The translations under genes were made by a program, and so were the position numbers. Of a stretch of 52,140 nucleotides of DNA, positions 1 through 10,770 are shown one piece after another. The number at the start of each line of letters is the position of its first letter. Positions within the stretch are counted from its first letter, which is position 1. Origin of the DNA: Gammaproteobacteria bacterium (lineage in GTDB: Bacteria > Pseudomonadota > Gammaproteobacteria > Methylococcales > DRLZ01). The notes below the pieces were generated by a model. It ran no database searches. It saw nothing but the letters and a program-made list of their open reading frames with translations, and was not told the origin of the DNA. Where the stretch lies: assembly GCA_022600935.1 (NCBI GenBank), contig JAHZJL010000020.1:1-52140 (forward strand), given 5' to 3'.

Positions 1-26
1 CCAGTTATTTACACTTCAAACATTGT

Positions 27-111
27 TGGTGGAGGGGGGAGGATTCGAACCTCCGAAGGCGGAGCCGTCAGATTTACAGTCTGATCCCTTTGGCCACTCG
101 GGAACCCCTCC
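27..111 (-). tRNA. tRNA-Tyr (GTA)
   Basis: Reverse complement gives GGAGGGGTTCCCGAGTGGCCAAAGGGATCAGACTGTAAATCTGAC...GGTTCGAATCC...CCA: GTA anticodon, long variable arm, encoded CCA. Confidence 0.97.
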
Positions 112-196
112 GTAACGCCAAGCAGAGTATTTTGGCTCTAAATTAATAACTTGTCAAGTATCGTGACACAAAAACAAAAGCAAGAATCACATCAGA

Positions 197-763
197 TCAT
201 GACCCGTGCAATTTTTGAACAGCTTTTTGCGATTCATCACCCATTAAATCCGGAATTAATGAGTGACAATCTTCGATTGATTGATCAATTAGATCCCGCT
301 CAAGCCTGGATGGGGATTTCAGAACATAATCAATCATATTCCCTGAGCGCCCGATTCCAATTCTCAGGCGTTTGAAATCATTCGAACCCAACTGCTGAAT
401 TATGTCGCGCAATCCATTGTGTCCACCATGACCGCCTCCTGCCTTGAAACGTATTACACCAGGAGAAAAATCAAGCTCATCGTGTGCCACAAGAATATGA
501 CTGGTATCAATATTGTAATACTGCGCTACAGAACGTATCGGAACTCCTGATTTATTCATGTAAGCCATTGGCTTAACAATAAACCAGGTGTTTCCGGAAA
601 TTTTCAACTGAGCCAGTTCTGCGGAGTGTTTTGACTTGCTGCTGAACTGAGCACCAAATTCCTGCACAAAACGATCAATGAACCAGAATCCGGCATTATG
701 CCTGGTCAACACATATTCTGGACCTGGATTCCCCAGTCCGGCTATTAAAAACTGGGTCGCCAT
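197..763 (-). CDS. pth: Peptidyl-tRNA hydrolase
   Basis: GLGNPGPEY..TRHNAGF, HDELD and GGHGGHNGL motifs; canonical position after rplY. Confidence 0.98.
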   Translation of the reverse strand: MATQFLIAGLGNPGPEYVLTRHNAGFWFIDRFVQEFGAQFSSKSKHSAELAQLKISGNTWFIVKPMAYMNKSGVPIRSVAQYYNIDTSHILVAHDELDFSPGVIRFKAGGGHGGHNGLRDIIQQLGSNDFKRLRIGIGRSGNMIDYVLKSPSRLERDLIDQSIEDCHSLIPDLMGDESQKAVQKLHGS

Positions 764-828
764 TCAGCACACCGATTCTAAACGGCAAGCAGCAAACCTG
801 CTAAAACCCGATTGTCTGACCAGATAAA

Positions 829-1479
829 TCAGGACTCCTCATCTCCCTCTTCACCAGCTTCTTCCGGTGCATCAACTTCGTCCTGGACAACTCTAGGCGG
901 TGTGATCGATACAATAATCTGATCATAGTCCTGCTCATCCCCGTGAGTCAAAGCTGCGATCTCGACATTATCTGGCAAATCAATCTGCGTCAGATGTATC
1001 GCTCCACCAATGTCCAGGTCCGCAACGTCAATATCTATCGACTCAGGCAACTCAGACGGCAGACAAATAATTTCCAACTCGTTCATAGTATGAAGCACGG
1101 AACCACCGCTCTGCTTGACACCTATACATTTATCTTCATTCAGGAAATGAATTGGTACAGTGACCTTGATTTTCTCACCTGCGGTAATGCGCATAAAATC
1201 CATATGCAGAATGCGCGATTTACTTGGGTGACGCTGAATTGTCTTCATAATTGCCTGTTGAGGCTTCTGTCCATCGATGTTGATCGACAGAATGTGGGAA
1301 TAATACCCCTCATCCATTAGTTTTTTCTCAACTTCGTTATGATCCAGAACCAGCATTTCCGGGTCTGCATGCCCGCCATAAATGACTGCTGGTATTTTCT
1401 TGTCACGTCTGATTTTACGTGCTACAGACGTACCTGCATGCTCTCTCTTTTCTGCGTCAAACTGATAATTGACCGCCAT
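829..1479 (-). CDS. rplY: 50S ribosomal protein L25 / general stress protein Ctc
   Basis: IPAVIYG, QRHP..ILHMDF and acidic tail. Start moved to the ATG at 1479 because a GGAG RBS precedes it. Confidence 0.96.
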   Translation of the reverse strand: MAVNYQFDAEKREHAGTSVARKIRRDKKIPAVIYGGHADPEMLVLDHNEVEKKLMDEGYYSHILSINIDGQKPQQAIMKTIQRHPSKSRILHMDFMRITAGEKIKVTVPIHFLNEDKCIGVKQSGGSVLHTMNELEIICLPSELPESIDIDVADLDIGGAIHLTQIDLPDNVEIAALTHGDEQDYDQIIVSITPPRVVQDEVDAPEEAGEEGDEES

Positions 1480-1826
1480 GATGACAGACTCCAATATCCT
1501 AAATTAAATAAAAATATCAAAAAAGCCGGGCATTATAACTTAACCCGTAAAATTAATCCATTATTCGCTGCAAACCGATTGCTCGAAAGCTGACATTCAA
1601 GCCAGACATGCTGGAATGCACCCTGACAACCAGACACATTGATTGATGACTCAATCACATCATTACAATAGTTTAGGCGATAGATAAACATTTCAGCCCA
1701 GATTGCGCCGGATCCTATTCGTCTTCATGACGTGACAGACCGCGCATAGCGAGCTTTACGAGGACTGGCTCAACACCGAAGACAGACAAAAGACAAGCAA
1801 CATGGGATGAAAATTTTGAAATTGCC

Positions 1827-2804
1827 TTAGTCAATAAACAAGGAACTAACCGATTCGTTATTGGCCATTCTCCGAATCGCCTCACCCAACATTCCGGCAA
1901 CACTGAGTTGACGCACTTTACCACAGGCAACTGCCTCGTCACTCAATGGTATCGTATTCGTCACCACCAGTTCGTCAAGCGATGAATTGACAAGATTATC
2001 GATAGCCGGACCAGACAATACGGCATGCGTACAACAAGCGATCACCGTTTTAGCGCCACGTTCTTTCAAGGCATCTGCTGCCAGACACAGAGTCCCGGCT
2101 GTATCGACTAAATCGTCGATCAACACACAAGAGCGATTGTCTACATCACCAATGATATTCATCACCTTGGCCTCATTAGGCTTGGGACGGCGTTTATCGA
2201 TAATCGCCAGATCCACATCATCCATTAATTTTGCCACTGCACGCGCCCTGACAACACCACCGACATCCGGTGAAACAACCATCAGATCAGGATATTCCTG
2301 ACGCCAGATATGTCCGATAAACAATGGTGATGCATAGACATTATCGACAGGCACATCAAAAAAACCTTGAACCTGATCAGCATGCAAATCAACAATTAGC
2401 GCCCTGTCAACGCCAGCCGTCAATATCATGTTGGCAATCAATTTGGCAGTTATCGGCACTCGAGCCGCTCTCGGCCGCCTGTCCTGTCGCGCATATCCGA
2501 AATAGGGAATCACCGCAGTGATTTTTCCAGCTGATGAACGCCTCAATGCATCGACCATAATCAGCAATTCCATCAGATTTTGATTTGCCGGCGCACATGT
2601 TGACTGGACCAGAAATATATCCCGCCCTCTTACATTTTCACCTATTTCAATCTGAATTTCGCCATCACTGAATCGACCAACACTTGCATGACCGAGACGC
2701 ATATGCAGATAATCAGCGATTTCTTTTGCCAATTGCGGGTTTGAATTACCCGCAAATATCATAAATGATGGGCCATCAAGAGAATCTGTTTTGATTTGCA
2801 TCAT
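1827..2804 (-). CDS. prs: Ribose-phosphate pyrophosphokinase
   Basis: [27 protein letters not shown] and DDLVDTAGT motifs; exact start uncertain. Confidence 0.98.
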   Translation of the reverse strand: MMQIKTDSLDGPSFMIFAGNSNPQLAKEIADYLHMRLGHASVGRFSDGEIQIEIGENVRGRDIFLVQSTCAPANQNLMELLIMVDALRRSSAGKITAVIPYFGYARQDRRPRAARVPITAKLIANMILTAGVDRALIVDLHADQVQGFFDVPVDNVYASPLFIGHIWRQEYPDLMVVSPDVGGVVRARAVAKLMDDVDLAIIDKRRPKPNEAKVMNIIGDVDNRSCVLIDDLVDTAGTLCLAADALKERGAKTVIACCTHAVLSGPAIDNLVNSSLDELVVTNTIPLSDEAVACGKVRQLSVAGMLGEAIRRMANNESVSSLFID

Positions 2805-2863
2805 GACATGTTAAGAGCGATAAGCTAAGTCTGAGGCGGGAAAAATCATTTTTACTGAATGAA

Positions 2864-2938
2864 TGGCTGGGACGCCAGGATTCGAACCTGGGATGCGGGG
2901 ATCAAAACCCCGTGCCGTAACCACTTGGCGACGTCCCA
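2864..2938 (-). tRNA. tRNA-Gln (TTG)
   Basis: Reverse complement TGGGACGTCGCCAAGTGGTT...GGTTTTGATCC...GGTTCGAATCCTGGCGTCCCAGCCA; canonical ispE-tRNA-Gln-prs position. Confidence 0.97.
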
Positions 2939-3042
2939 AAAGTGAAAGAACTTACAGATTAATTATAATCGTTATGACTGCAATAGTGTGAGATTGGAAA
3001 TAATGTCAGTTCAAACGGATGACTAAAAAAGCCAATTTAATT

Positions 3043-3912
3043 TTATGACAAGTCGCTTAACTTTTTCTGAAGTGGCGACAATTGACAAGCCTTGGCTACA
3101 AATACTGTCCAGTTTTTCTGTAAAATCTGTGCAGCTTGAATTGCCTCCTGCTCTGAATTGAAAGCAGCAAACACACAAGCACCAGTCCCGGTCAGCCCAT
3201 GCTCCTGATAACAGTCAACAGCATCAATTGCCCGTTTGACTTCAGGGTAACACGAGACAACGACACTTAAACAATCGTTATATGACTCATTGGCACTAAG
3301 CTGATCTATTTTGATAGATTTGGAATTTCTTGTCAATGCCCGATGCTCAAACACAGTTTTTGTACTTACATGGCAATCAGGTACCAACACAACAAACCAG
3401 CGCTGTTGCAGGTTAATCGGGTGCAAGATTTCGCCAACACCTTCAGCCCATGCATTATTGCCATACACAAATACCGGCACATCTGCACCCAGATGCAAAC
3501 CCATCCTGGCCAATTGATCGACTGATAATTGCAGGTTCCAAAGTGTGTTCAATACCACAAGTGTTGTTGCTGCATCTGAGCTGCCTCCACCCAGACCTCC
3601 CCCCATCGGTAGAATTTTGTTCAGTGCAATGGTCAAACCTGGAACATCGATATTCTTTCCCCTGGCAATCTCTCGAAGCATTTTTGCAGCACGAATGATC
3701 AGGTTGTCAGAATCCAGTACTCCGTCAAGAGAAGACTCCATCACAATGTTATCGTCCCCACGTGGAGTAAATCGCAACAAATCGCATCGGTCAATAATCT
3801 GAAAGACAGTTTGCAGGATATGGTATCCATCGTCACGGCGACCGGTAATCCTCAACATGAGATTGAGTTTTGCTGGCGCTGGCCACTGTTCATCCCATAA
3901 TGACTGGGTCAT
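3043..3912 (-). CDS. ispE: 4-diphosphocytidyl-2-C-methyl-D-erythritol kinase
   Basis: PAPAKLNL, PMGGGLGGGSSDAA and LGADVP motifs. The ATG at 3912 overlaps the lolB stop (ATGA). Confidence 0.97.
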   Translation of the reverse strand: MTQSLWDEQWPAPAKLNLMLRITGRRDDGYHILQTVFQIIDRCDLLRFTPRGDDNIVMESSLDGVLDSDNLIIRAAKMLREIARGKNIDVPGLTIALNKILPMGGGLGGGSSDAATTLVVLNTLWNLQLSVDQLARMGLHLGADVPVFVYGNNAWAEGVGEILHPINLQQRWFVVLVPDCHVSTKTVFEHRALTRNSKSIKIDQLSANESYNDCLSVVVSCYPEVKRAIDAVDCYQEHGLTGTGACVFAAFNSEQEAIQAAQILQKNWTVFVAKACQLSPLQKKLSDLS

Positions 3913-4538
3913 CGATTTATCTCCCATTCGTCAACGACTATTTTCAATCGTATCCGGTCTTTATTGATTTTAATTTTTCGAGGCAGCATGAACTGATTCA
4001 CGGCTTGATATTGTGAATAATCGATAGACCAGCCCGATTGATTGATCTGTTCGTTATACCCGTCTTTACCCACTCTCACATGGGCTGTCTGACTCGGTTC
4101 TGCAATACCCAGCAACCAGTATCTGATGGAGGTCAAAGGCACGGAAAACCCTAGTTTTGATTGGAGTAATTGCTGAGGAGAACGCGATATGGTGACTTCA
4201 GAACTCGATACCTGCAACCACAATTCACCCTTCAGATATCTGATAAACACTCTGTTGATATTAATCGGACCACTGATATCCAGAGTTAATTTATCATTAT
4301 CGACACACCAGCGAAGAGATGCCTGCCATCCGGAATCATTGTAACGCGCCACAGACCTGCCATTGATACACCAGGATTTGAGATCAGCCAGGATTAAACC
4401 AGATAAGCGATCAGTGGGATTTGCCTGAGCACCATCAGATTGAGTTGTTACTGAGCGAGTTGCGCACCCAGCAAGCACGACGAAAACACCGAAGATAAGT
4501 TCTCTGCACTTGAATAAACTGAGCAGATAACTCATCAT
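3909..4538 (-). CDS. lolB: Outer-membrane lipoprotein insertase LolB
   Basis: Lipobox VLAGC; LGFSVPLTSIRYWLLG, QSGWSIDY and LPRKI motifs; located between the TPR gene and ispE. Start approximate. Confidence 0.9.
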   Translation of the reverse strand: MMSYLLSLFKCRELIFGVFVVLAGCATRSVTTQSDGAQANPTDRLSGLILADLKSWCINGRSVARYNDSGWQASLRWCVDNDKLTLDISGPININRVFIRYLKGELWLQVSSSEVTISRSPQQLLQSKLGFSVPLTSIRYWLLGIAEPSQTAHVRVGKDGYNEQINQSGWSIDYSQYQAVNQFMLPRKIKINKDRIRLKIVVDEWEINR

Positions 4539-4572
4539 GCAGCATCGATATGCTGCGCGATAATAAACATGC

Positions 4573-6450
4573 TTAGTTTGTATTAACCCCTTCAAACACT
4601 TCAGGCAAACGCTGCTTCATTTTCAACAAGGCTTCGTGACTGGAGTTTTTATTCCACAACTCCTGCAATACCTGATTGGCTTCGGTAAACTGACCACCTG
4701 CCCACAACACTTCAGCCAGATGTGTGCCAATTTCAACATCCTTGTTTTTCTGATATGCAGATTGCAGAAATTGCAACGCTTCTTTAACGTTATTCTGCTT
4801 GTATCGCAACCAGCCAATACTGTCCATGATCGCGGGATCATTGGGTTTTAAACTGATTGCCTGATTCAGAAACCGCTCCGCCTCATCAAGCCGATCGGTG
4901 CGATTACATAATATGTACCCCAGGGCATTCAGCGCATTGACATTGTCGGGTTCGATTTTGAGTAACGCACGCAAATCAGACTCGGCCATTGGATAATCTC
5001 CAATCTGGTCAGCCAGCAATGCCCGCATATATAACAATTGTTTATCAGTCGGACTGCTGGTAACAGCGTTACTTAACACCTCTACCGCTTGTTCAGGTTG
5101 ATCGATTTTGTTGTATATATCAGCCTGTCGCAATGCAATCCGCGGAGTAAGCTGTGGATATTTATTAAGCAGCTTTCTGAGTTGATCCAACGCACCCTGA
5201 TAATCGTTTTGTTCAACCAGTATTTCACTTGCAAATATATGCGCATCATACGCCAGAGCACTGGAATCAACCTGATCCAGCCAATCCAGCGCTTCATCGT
5301 ATAACTTGTTTTCTGCAGACAATTGCCCAAGCTGCAAAAAAGCACGCTGCCTGTGTTTGGGATTTTTTGCCAATTCCAACAAGCGCTCTTTGGCCGAATC
5401 GAAATCCCCCAAAGTGCTTTGCATGATAGCCAGTGCAAATCCGGCATCAGCATTTTCAGGATCAAGTTCTACAACACGTTGAAAATGTACCACTGCATTG
5501 GAATAATCATGTTGCATAGCCAGGAGTTTGGCATACAAGGCATGTATTTCAGCATTATCAGGAAAACGGCGGGTTGCCTGATTGAGCATGGTCATCGCTT
5601 CTTCAGTCTTGCCGGATTGCGCAACCAGCTTGGTTTTCATCAGCAAAGCCGCATCCCAGTCGGGCCTTAATGTGAGTGTTTGGTCTAGATAAGTCTCAGC
5701 AGTTCCAAAGTCTTTTAGCTTGATGGCGATTAACGCATAGGCAAAAGGCAGTTCAGCAGTACCCGGGAAACGCTGCAGTAAAGCATCGATGACTGGATAG
5801 GGTTTTTCAGTACTGCTCACGATGCTATCCGCTATTCGTACTGCAGTTTTTTCAAAATTGATATCAGGACTGGACAGAATCAATGCGAAATTATCGATTG
5901 CCTGCCCGGTTTTGCCTCGCTTTAATTGCAAATCTGCAACCAGGTGTCTGGCCGAAACATTGTCGGGATCATTATCGGTCCAGACTTTTGCTGCATCCAT
6001 TGCGGTTTTATAATCTTTGGCATACATCGCAATCCTTGCAGCTCTGGCAGCGATTTTGGGAGAATTGGTCAGTTTAGCTGATTTCACATAGCTGTCTGCA
6101 GATAACTTAATGCGGTTACGTTGACCTGCTATCTCTCCACTGAGCAAATAATACAATGCCTCAGGAGATATCGTTGGTTCGTCTTCTGTTTGATCTAACT
6201 CAGCGCCCTTGTGCTTGGTTTCTTCTGTGGTTTTAGCAACAGTGGCTGCTTGTTTTGACTTGACTATCGCGCTTTTATCAGTCTCTGAATACGACTTTGC
6301 GGTATTGTCTGATAATCCAGGTTTGTCAATTGACGCACATCCTGAAACAATAACCAGCATAACCAGCAGCACACTTGTAGCTCTGCAATGATGCAATTTA
6401 AAATTTTTATTCACCAATGATTCAGCCTTCCGATACAATCGTTTAAACAT
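4573..6450 (-). CDS. Tetratricopeptide-repeat lipoprotein
   Basis: Lipobox IVSGC, many TPR repeats, ALNALGY and DSIGW motifs of the family that sits divergent from hemA. Start uncertain. Confidence 0.9.
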   Translation of the reverse strand: MFKRLYRKAESLVNKNFKLHHCRATSVLLVMLVIVSGCASIDKPGLSDNTAKSYSETDKSAIVKSKQAATVAKTTEETKHKGAELDQTEDEPTISPEALYYLLSGEIAGQRNRIKLSADSYVKSAKLTNSPKIAARAARIAMYAKDYKTAMDAAKVWTDNDPDNVSARHLVADLQLKRGKTGQAIDNFALILSSPDINFEKTAVRIADSIVSSTEKPYPVIDALLQRFPGTAELPFAYALIAIKLKDFGTAETYLDQTLTLRPDWDAALLMKTKLVAQSGKTEEAMTMLNQATRRFPDNAEIHALYAKLLAMQHDYSNAVVHFQRVVELDPENADAGFALAIMQSTLGDFDSAKERLLELAKNPKHRQRAFLQLGQLSAENKLYDEALDWLDQVDSSALAYDAHIFASEILVEQNDYQGALDQLRKLLNKYPQLTPRIALRQADIYNKIDQPEQAVEVLSNAVTSSPTDKQLLYMRALLADQIGDYPMAESDLRALLKIEPDNVNALNALGYILCNRTDRLDEAERFLNQAISLKPNDPAIMDSIGWLRYKQNNVKEALQFLQSAYQKNKDVEIGTHLAEVLWAGGQFTEANQVLQELWNKNSSHEALLKMKQRLPEVFEGVNTN

Positions 6451-6570
6451 TAACAAGCTGTATTCCCCGTGGTTTAATTGTATTGAATAGTTTTGCATAT
6501 CGCTAGATTAACAAGAATTTTAGCCATAGAATTATATCTCTAGTATTGAAATTATCAGACAACGAATTTA

Positions 6571-7839
6571 ATGGAATTACTCGCATTTGGTTTAAATCAT
6601 CAATCTGCCCCGGTGAACGTCAGAGAACAACTGGCATTTACACCGGATGCATTAATTCCTGCCCTGAAGGAAATCTCGGATATCCCCAAAGTGAATGGAG
6701 CTGCCATCCTGTCCACTTGTAATCGCACTGAATTGTACTGTGGCATCGACTCGGATCAGTCTCAACATGATTTACTGGATTGGCTTGCCAATCACCGTAG
6801 CTTGCAAAAAGAACAGTTACTACCACATCTGTACTCACATTATGCACGCAACAGCATCAGGCATTTATACCGTGTTGCCAGCGGTCTTGACTCCATGGTG
6901 CTGGGGGAACCACAAATTCTGGGTCAAATCAAATCTGCATATCATACGGCAAAACAGGCAGGAACTCTCGATAAAACTCTGACCAGATTGTTCCATTCCT
7001 CCTTTACAGCCGCCAAAAAAGTCCGCACAGATACGGCAATCGGCTCCAGCCCTGTATCTGTAGCATTTGCAGCCGTAAGACTGGCGCACCAGATTTTCGG
7101 TAATCTCGCTAATCAGACAGTCTTGCTGATTGGTGCAGGTGAAACGATCGAGCTTGCTGCGCGTCACTTTCATAATCATGGTGTTCAGTCATTGCTGATT
7201 GCCAATCGATCACTGATCAAAGCCCAGCGCCTTGCCAGTTTGTTCGATGGACAAGCGATTCAGCTAGCAGAACTCAATCGGAATTTGCATCAAGCGGACA
7301 TTATCGTCTCATCAACCGCCAGCCAATTACCGATACTTGGCAAAGGCAGTATTGAAAGCGCAATCCGCGCCCGCAAACATAAACCCATGTTTCTGGTTGA
7401 TCTTGCCGTTCCACGCGATATTGAAGCTGAAGTCGAGCAGTTGAACGATGTATTCCTGTATACAGTCGATGATTTGCAACATGTCGTCACCGAGAACATC
7501 AAAAGCCGCCAGGAGGCAGCTGAACAAGCCGAACAGATTATTGAAACCCAGGTCGACCGCTTTCTGGACTGGTTAAAAACCGAACAACACAGCACCATCA
7601 TAACAAAGTATAGGACACAGTCAGAAACGATACGCGACGAAGTGCTTGGCAAAGCCCTCAAACAACTCGAAAATGGAGCCGACTCCAGACAAGTGATGGA
7701 TTTTCTGGCTTCAACATTGACCAATAAACTGATTCATACACCAACAACCCAGATTCGCCAGGCCGCAACTGAACAACGCCTGGATTTGATTCAGGCCGCC
7801 CAACATCTACTCAAAATATCAACTGACAACACATCGTGA
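6571..7839 (+). CDS. hemA: Glutamyl-tRNA reductase
   Basis: [28 protein letters not shown] and DLAVPRD motifs. Confidence 0.98.
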   Translation: MELLAFGLNHQSAPVNVREQLAFTPDALIPALKEISDIPKVNGAAILSTCNRTELYCGIDSDQSQHDLLDWLANHRSLQKEQLLPHLYSHYARNSIRHLYRVASGLDSMVLGEPQILGQIKSAYHTAKQAGTLDKTLTRLFHSSFTAAKKVRTDTAIGSSPVSVAFAAVRLAHQIFGNLANQTVLLIGAGETIELAARHFHNHGVQSLLIANRSLIKAQRLASLFDGQAIQLAELNRNLHQADIIVSSTASQLPILGKGSIESAIRARKHKPMFLVDLAVPRDIEAEVEQLNDVFLYTVDDLQHVVTENIKSRQEAAEQAEQIIETQVDRFLDWLKTEQHSTIITKYRTQSETIRDEVLGKALKQLENGADSRQVMDFLASTLTNKLIHTPTTQIRQAATEQRLDLIQAAQHLLKISTDNTS

Positions 7840-8927
7840 AAACCAGCATTCAAACCAAACTCGAACATCTTGCCCAACGTTATGAGGAAATTGAAGCCCT
7901 GCTCTCAGAACCGGAAGTCCAAAGTGATCAAAACAAATTCAGATCGTTAAGCCAGGAATATGCCCAGCTAAAACCCATGGTTGACTGCTATCAGCGCTAC
8001 CTGTGTGTTGCTGAGGAAATAGAAACAGCAAAAGCCATGCAGTCTGACCCGGATCCGGAGATGCGGGAAATGGCCAGGGAAGAACTTGCTGAAGCACTGG
8101 AAACACAACAACAACTGGAATCTGAACTACAGATTCTTCTATTACCGAAAGATCCCAATGATAACCGCAATATTTTTCTGGAAATCCGGGCCGGGACCGG
8201 TGGTGCCGAAGCAGCAATCTTCACAGGCGACCTGGCACGAATGTATCAACGTTTCGGGGAAAATAAACACTGGAATTTTGAGACCATTTCCGAAAATCTT
8301 GGTGAACATGGTGGCTACAAGGAAATCGTGATACGAGTGACCGGTACAGATGTCTATTCCCAACTGAAATTTGAATCCGGCACCCACCGAGTGCAGCGAG
8401 TTCCGGAAACTGAAGCCCAGGGCCGCATCCATACTTCTGCATGTACAGTTGCCATTATTCCAGAAGCCGACGAAATTGATGCCGTCGATATCAATCCATC
8501 TGATCTACGAGTGGATACCTTCAGAGCTTCCGGTGCCGGCGGTCAGCATGTCAACAAGACTGATTCCGCTATCCGTCTTACCCACTTGCCGACCGGCATT
8601 GTTGTGGAATGCCAGGATGAACGCTCACAACATAAAAATAAGGCACGCGCCATGTCTCTGCTGCAATCCAGAATACTCGCAGAACAACAGGAAAAGCAAA
8701 ATGCTGAAATTGCCGCAGATCGCAAAAACCAGGTTGGCAGCGGGGACCGCTCGGAGCGTATTCGAACCTATAACTATCCTCAGGGCAGAGTCACCGATCA
8801 TCGCATCAACCTGACTTTGTATAAACTTGAGGAAATTATGCAAGGCTCAATGTCACAGGTCATTGATCCGTTGATTTCAGAACATCAGGCCGCCTTGCTG
8901 ACTCAACTGGGTGAAGATGACAATTAA
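7836..8927 (+). CDS. prfA: Peptide chain release factor 1
   Basis: PxT (PET) motif, GAGGQHVN and RTYNYPQ; GTG start overlaps the hemA stop. Confidence 0.98.
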   Translation: MKTSIQTKLEHLAQRYEEIEALLSEPEVQSDQNKFRSLSQEYAQLKPMVDCYQRYLCVAEEIETAKAMQSDPDPEMREMAREELAEALETQQQLESELQILLLPKDPNDNRNIFLEIRAGTGGAEAAIFTGDLARMYQRFGENKHWNFETISENLGEHGGYKEIVIRVTGTDVYSQLKFESGTHRVQRVPETEAQGRIHTSACTVAIIPEADEIDAVDINPSDLRVDTFRASGAGGQHVNKTDSAIRLTHLPTGIVVECQDERSQHKNKARAMSLLQSRILAEQQEKQNAEIAADRKNQVGSGDRSERIRTYNYPQGRVTDHRINLTLYKLEEIMQGSMSQVIDPLISEHQAALLTQLGEDDN

Positions 8928-8952
8928 CTTTACTGGATTGGGACGTTAACAA

Positions 8953-9804
8953 ATGACACGGGTAGCATCTGCACTGTCTCAGGCCAGGGAACAGCTGACA
9001 TCGCATAGCGAATCAGCACGACTCGATGCTGAAATCCTGCTGGCTAACACTTTAGCGCAGTCAAGGACCTGGTTATTCACAAGGCCGGAGCATGAACTCA
9101 CACACCAGCAACTGGGACATTTCCAGAAATTGATTGAACAACGTCAATCGGGGGTTCCTGTTGCCTACCTGACCGGCACTCGCGATTTCTGGAATCACAG
9201 TTTTCAGGTCACACCCCAGGTTTTAATACCCCGTCCTGAAACCGAAATACTGGTTGAACATGCCTTGCAGCTCATCGAAACCCATCAGTTCAGGACTATT
9301 CTTGAACTGGGCACTGGCAGTGGTGCAATTGCGGTTTCAATTGCTGACGAAAAGCGGGATCTGACAATAACAGCGACTGATATCAGCCAACAAGCTCTGA
9401 ATCTTGCCAAGGCTAACGCTGACATGATTGGTATTAACAATGTGCGCTTTATCCACAGTGACTGGTTTGTCAGCCTGGAACATCATCACTATGATCTGAT
9501 TATTAGCAATCCGCCTTATATTGCACAACACGATATCCACCTTAACCAGGGCGATATCCGCTTTGAACCAAAACAGGCATTGAGTGCCGGAAACGACGGA
9601 CTCAGGGATATACGTCTGATCATTGATCAATCCCGGAACCACTTGAACACTGGAGGATTTGTGCTTCTCGAACATGGTTATCAGCAAGCTGATGCAGTTC
9701 GATCCCTGTTTTCCGGTTATCATTATCAAGCCATTGAAACCATCAACGACTTGCAGAACCACCCACGCATGTCGATGGCACACTACATTCAGCAAACACT
9801 ATAG
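8953..9804 (+). CDS. prmC: Release factor glutamine methyltransferase
   Basis: LIPRPETE, LGTGSG and NPPY motifs. Confidence 0.97.
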   Translation: MTRVASALSQAREQLTSHSESARLDAEILLANTLAQSRTWLFTRPEHELTHQQLGHFQKLIEQRQSGVPVAYLTGTRDFWNHSFQVTPQVLIPRPETEILVEHALQLIETHQFRTILELGTGSGAIAVSIADEKRDLTITATDISQQALNLAKANADMIGINNVRFIHSDWFVSLEHHHYDLIISNPPYIAQHDIHLNQGDIRFEPKQALSAGNDGLRDIRLIIDQSRNHLNTGGFVLLEHGYQQADAVRSLFSGYHYQAIETINDLQNHPRMSMAHYIQQTL

Positions 9805-9836
9805 ACGTATTGCTAACGACTCAGGAGTATTCAGTC

Positions 9837-10265
9837 ATGCAGTTTTCACACAATACTGTTTCAATCCCACGTCCTCTGGTCAACCAAATGCTGCATCATG
9901 CCCAATTATCACCAGAAAAGGAAATTTGCGGCCTGATTGGCGCACGCAATAGCAAAGCTGCCAGCTGTTATCCGGTTCGCAATATAGCTGACAATCAAAC
10001 ATTTCGCTATGAACTGGACCCGAAACAACACCTTGAAGCAATGCGTAAAATGAGATCAGAAGGCGAAGATTTATTCGCGATCTACCACTCTCATCCTCAT
10101 TCTCAAGCCAGGCCGTCAAAAACAGATATTGAAATGGCCAATTATCCTGAAGCCCTGTATTTGATTATTTCACTCAATACCAAAGGGGTACTGGAATTAA
10201 GAGGGTTTTATTTGAACCGGGAAGAAACGACTACAGAGGTGCAACTGAATCTGGAAGCAGAATAA
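9837..10265 (+). CDS. JAB/MPN+ (Mov34, M67) metalloprotease, Mec-like
   Basis: E-I-C-G plus YHSHP...PSKTD JAMM motif; AGGAG RBS before the ATG at 9837. Confidence 0.9.
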   Translation: MQFSHNTVSIPRPLVNQMLHHAQLSPEKEICGLIGARNSKAASCYPVRNIADNQTFRYELDPKQHLEAMRKMRSEGEDLFAIYHSHPHSQARPSKTDIEMANYPEALYLIISLNTKGVLELRGFYLNREETTTEVQLNLEAE

Positions 10266-10328
10266 CCAGCATACAGTGTTATTTTGTGCTTTCTTAAGAG
10301 GGTAAACTGAGAATACTTTATTTTAAAG

Positions 10329-10410
10329 AATCAGATGCAGCTGGGTGTCCAACTGCAGCCCCGGGCAGATATGATTGCCCTTTATTGGACTTTCTCCAGC
10401 TCATCTGATT
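10329..10410. other. Long imperfect hairpin in a convergent intergenic gap (terminator or small structured element)
   Basis: Nested pairings AATCAGATG/CATCTGATT, AGCTGG/CCAGCT, GTCCAA/TTGGAC and GGGCAG/TTGCCC. Confidence 0.6.
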
Positions 10411-10453
10411 AAACGTTATTCAGTGTCATTGGTATCTTTTTAAACAACCTGAA

Positions 10454-10636
10454 TTAATTCATTCCATAGCTAATGGATTGATATTGATCAATAGTGTCAC
10501 TACTCAGCGTACCTGTATAATTTAACGAGAACAGCGCTGCGCCAAATACAAACCATATCATCCACATCAGTTTACTCTTTTGACGCTGTTCTGGCTTCTT
10601 TGCTTCTATACGTACCTGAGATTCCATGTTCCTCAT
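10454..10636 (-). CDS. Small single-pass membrane protein (60 aa), unknown function
   Basis: AGGAG RBS 8 nt before the ATG at 10636; basic N-terminus followed by hydrophobic LMWMIWFVFGAALFSL. Confidence 0.6.
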   Translation of the reverse strand: MRNMESQVRIEAKKPEQRQKSKLMWMIWFVFGAALFSLNYTGTLSSDTIDQYQSISYGMN

Positions 10637-10770
10637 TGTGATAACTCCTGTCACTGATGTCCTTACAGTGATTGTATCTATCATCGCTTACTAAACTGTC
10701 AACCCCGGGTTGTGGTTATTGATGACGCAATTTGCATTATTTCAAGCCAGAAGCAGCTCCTTACAACCAA

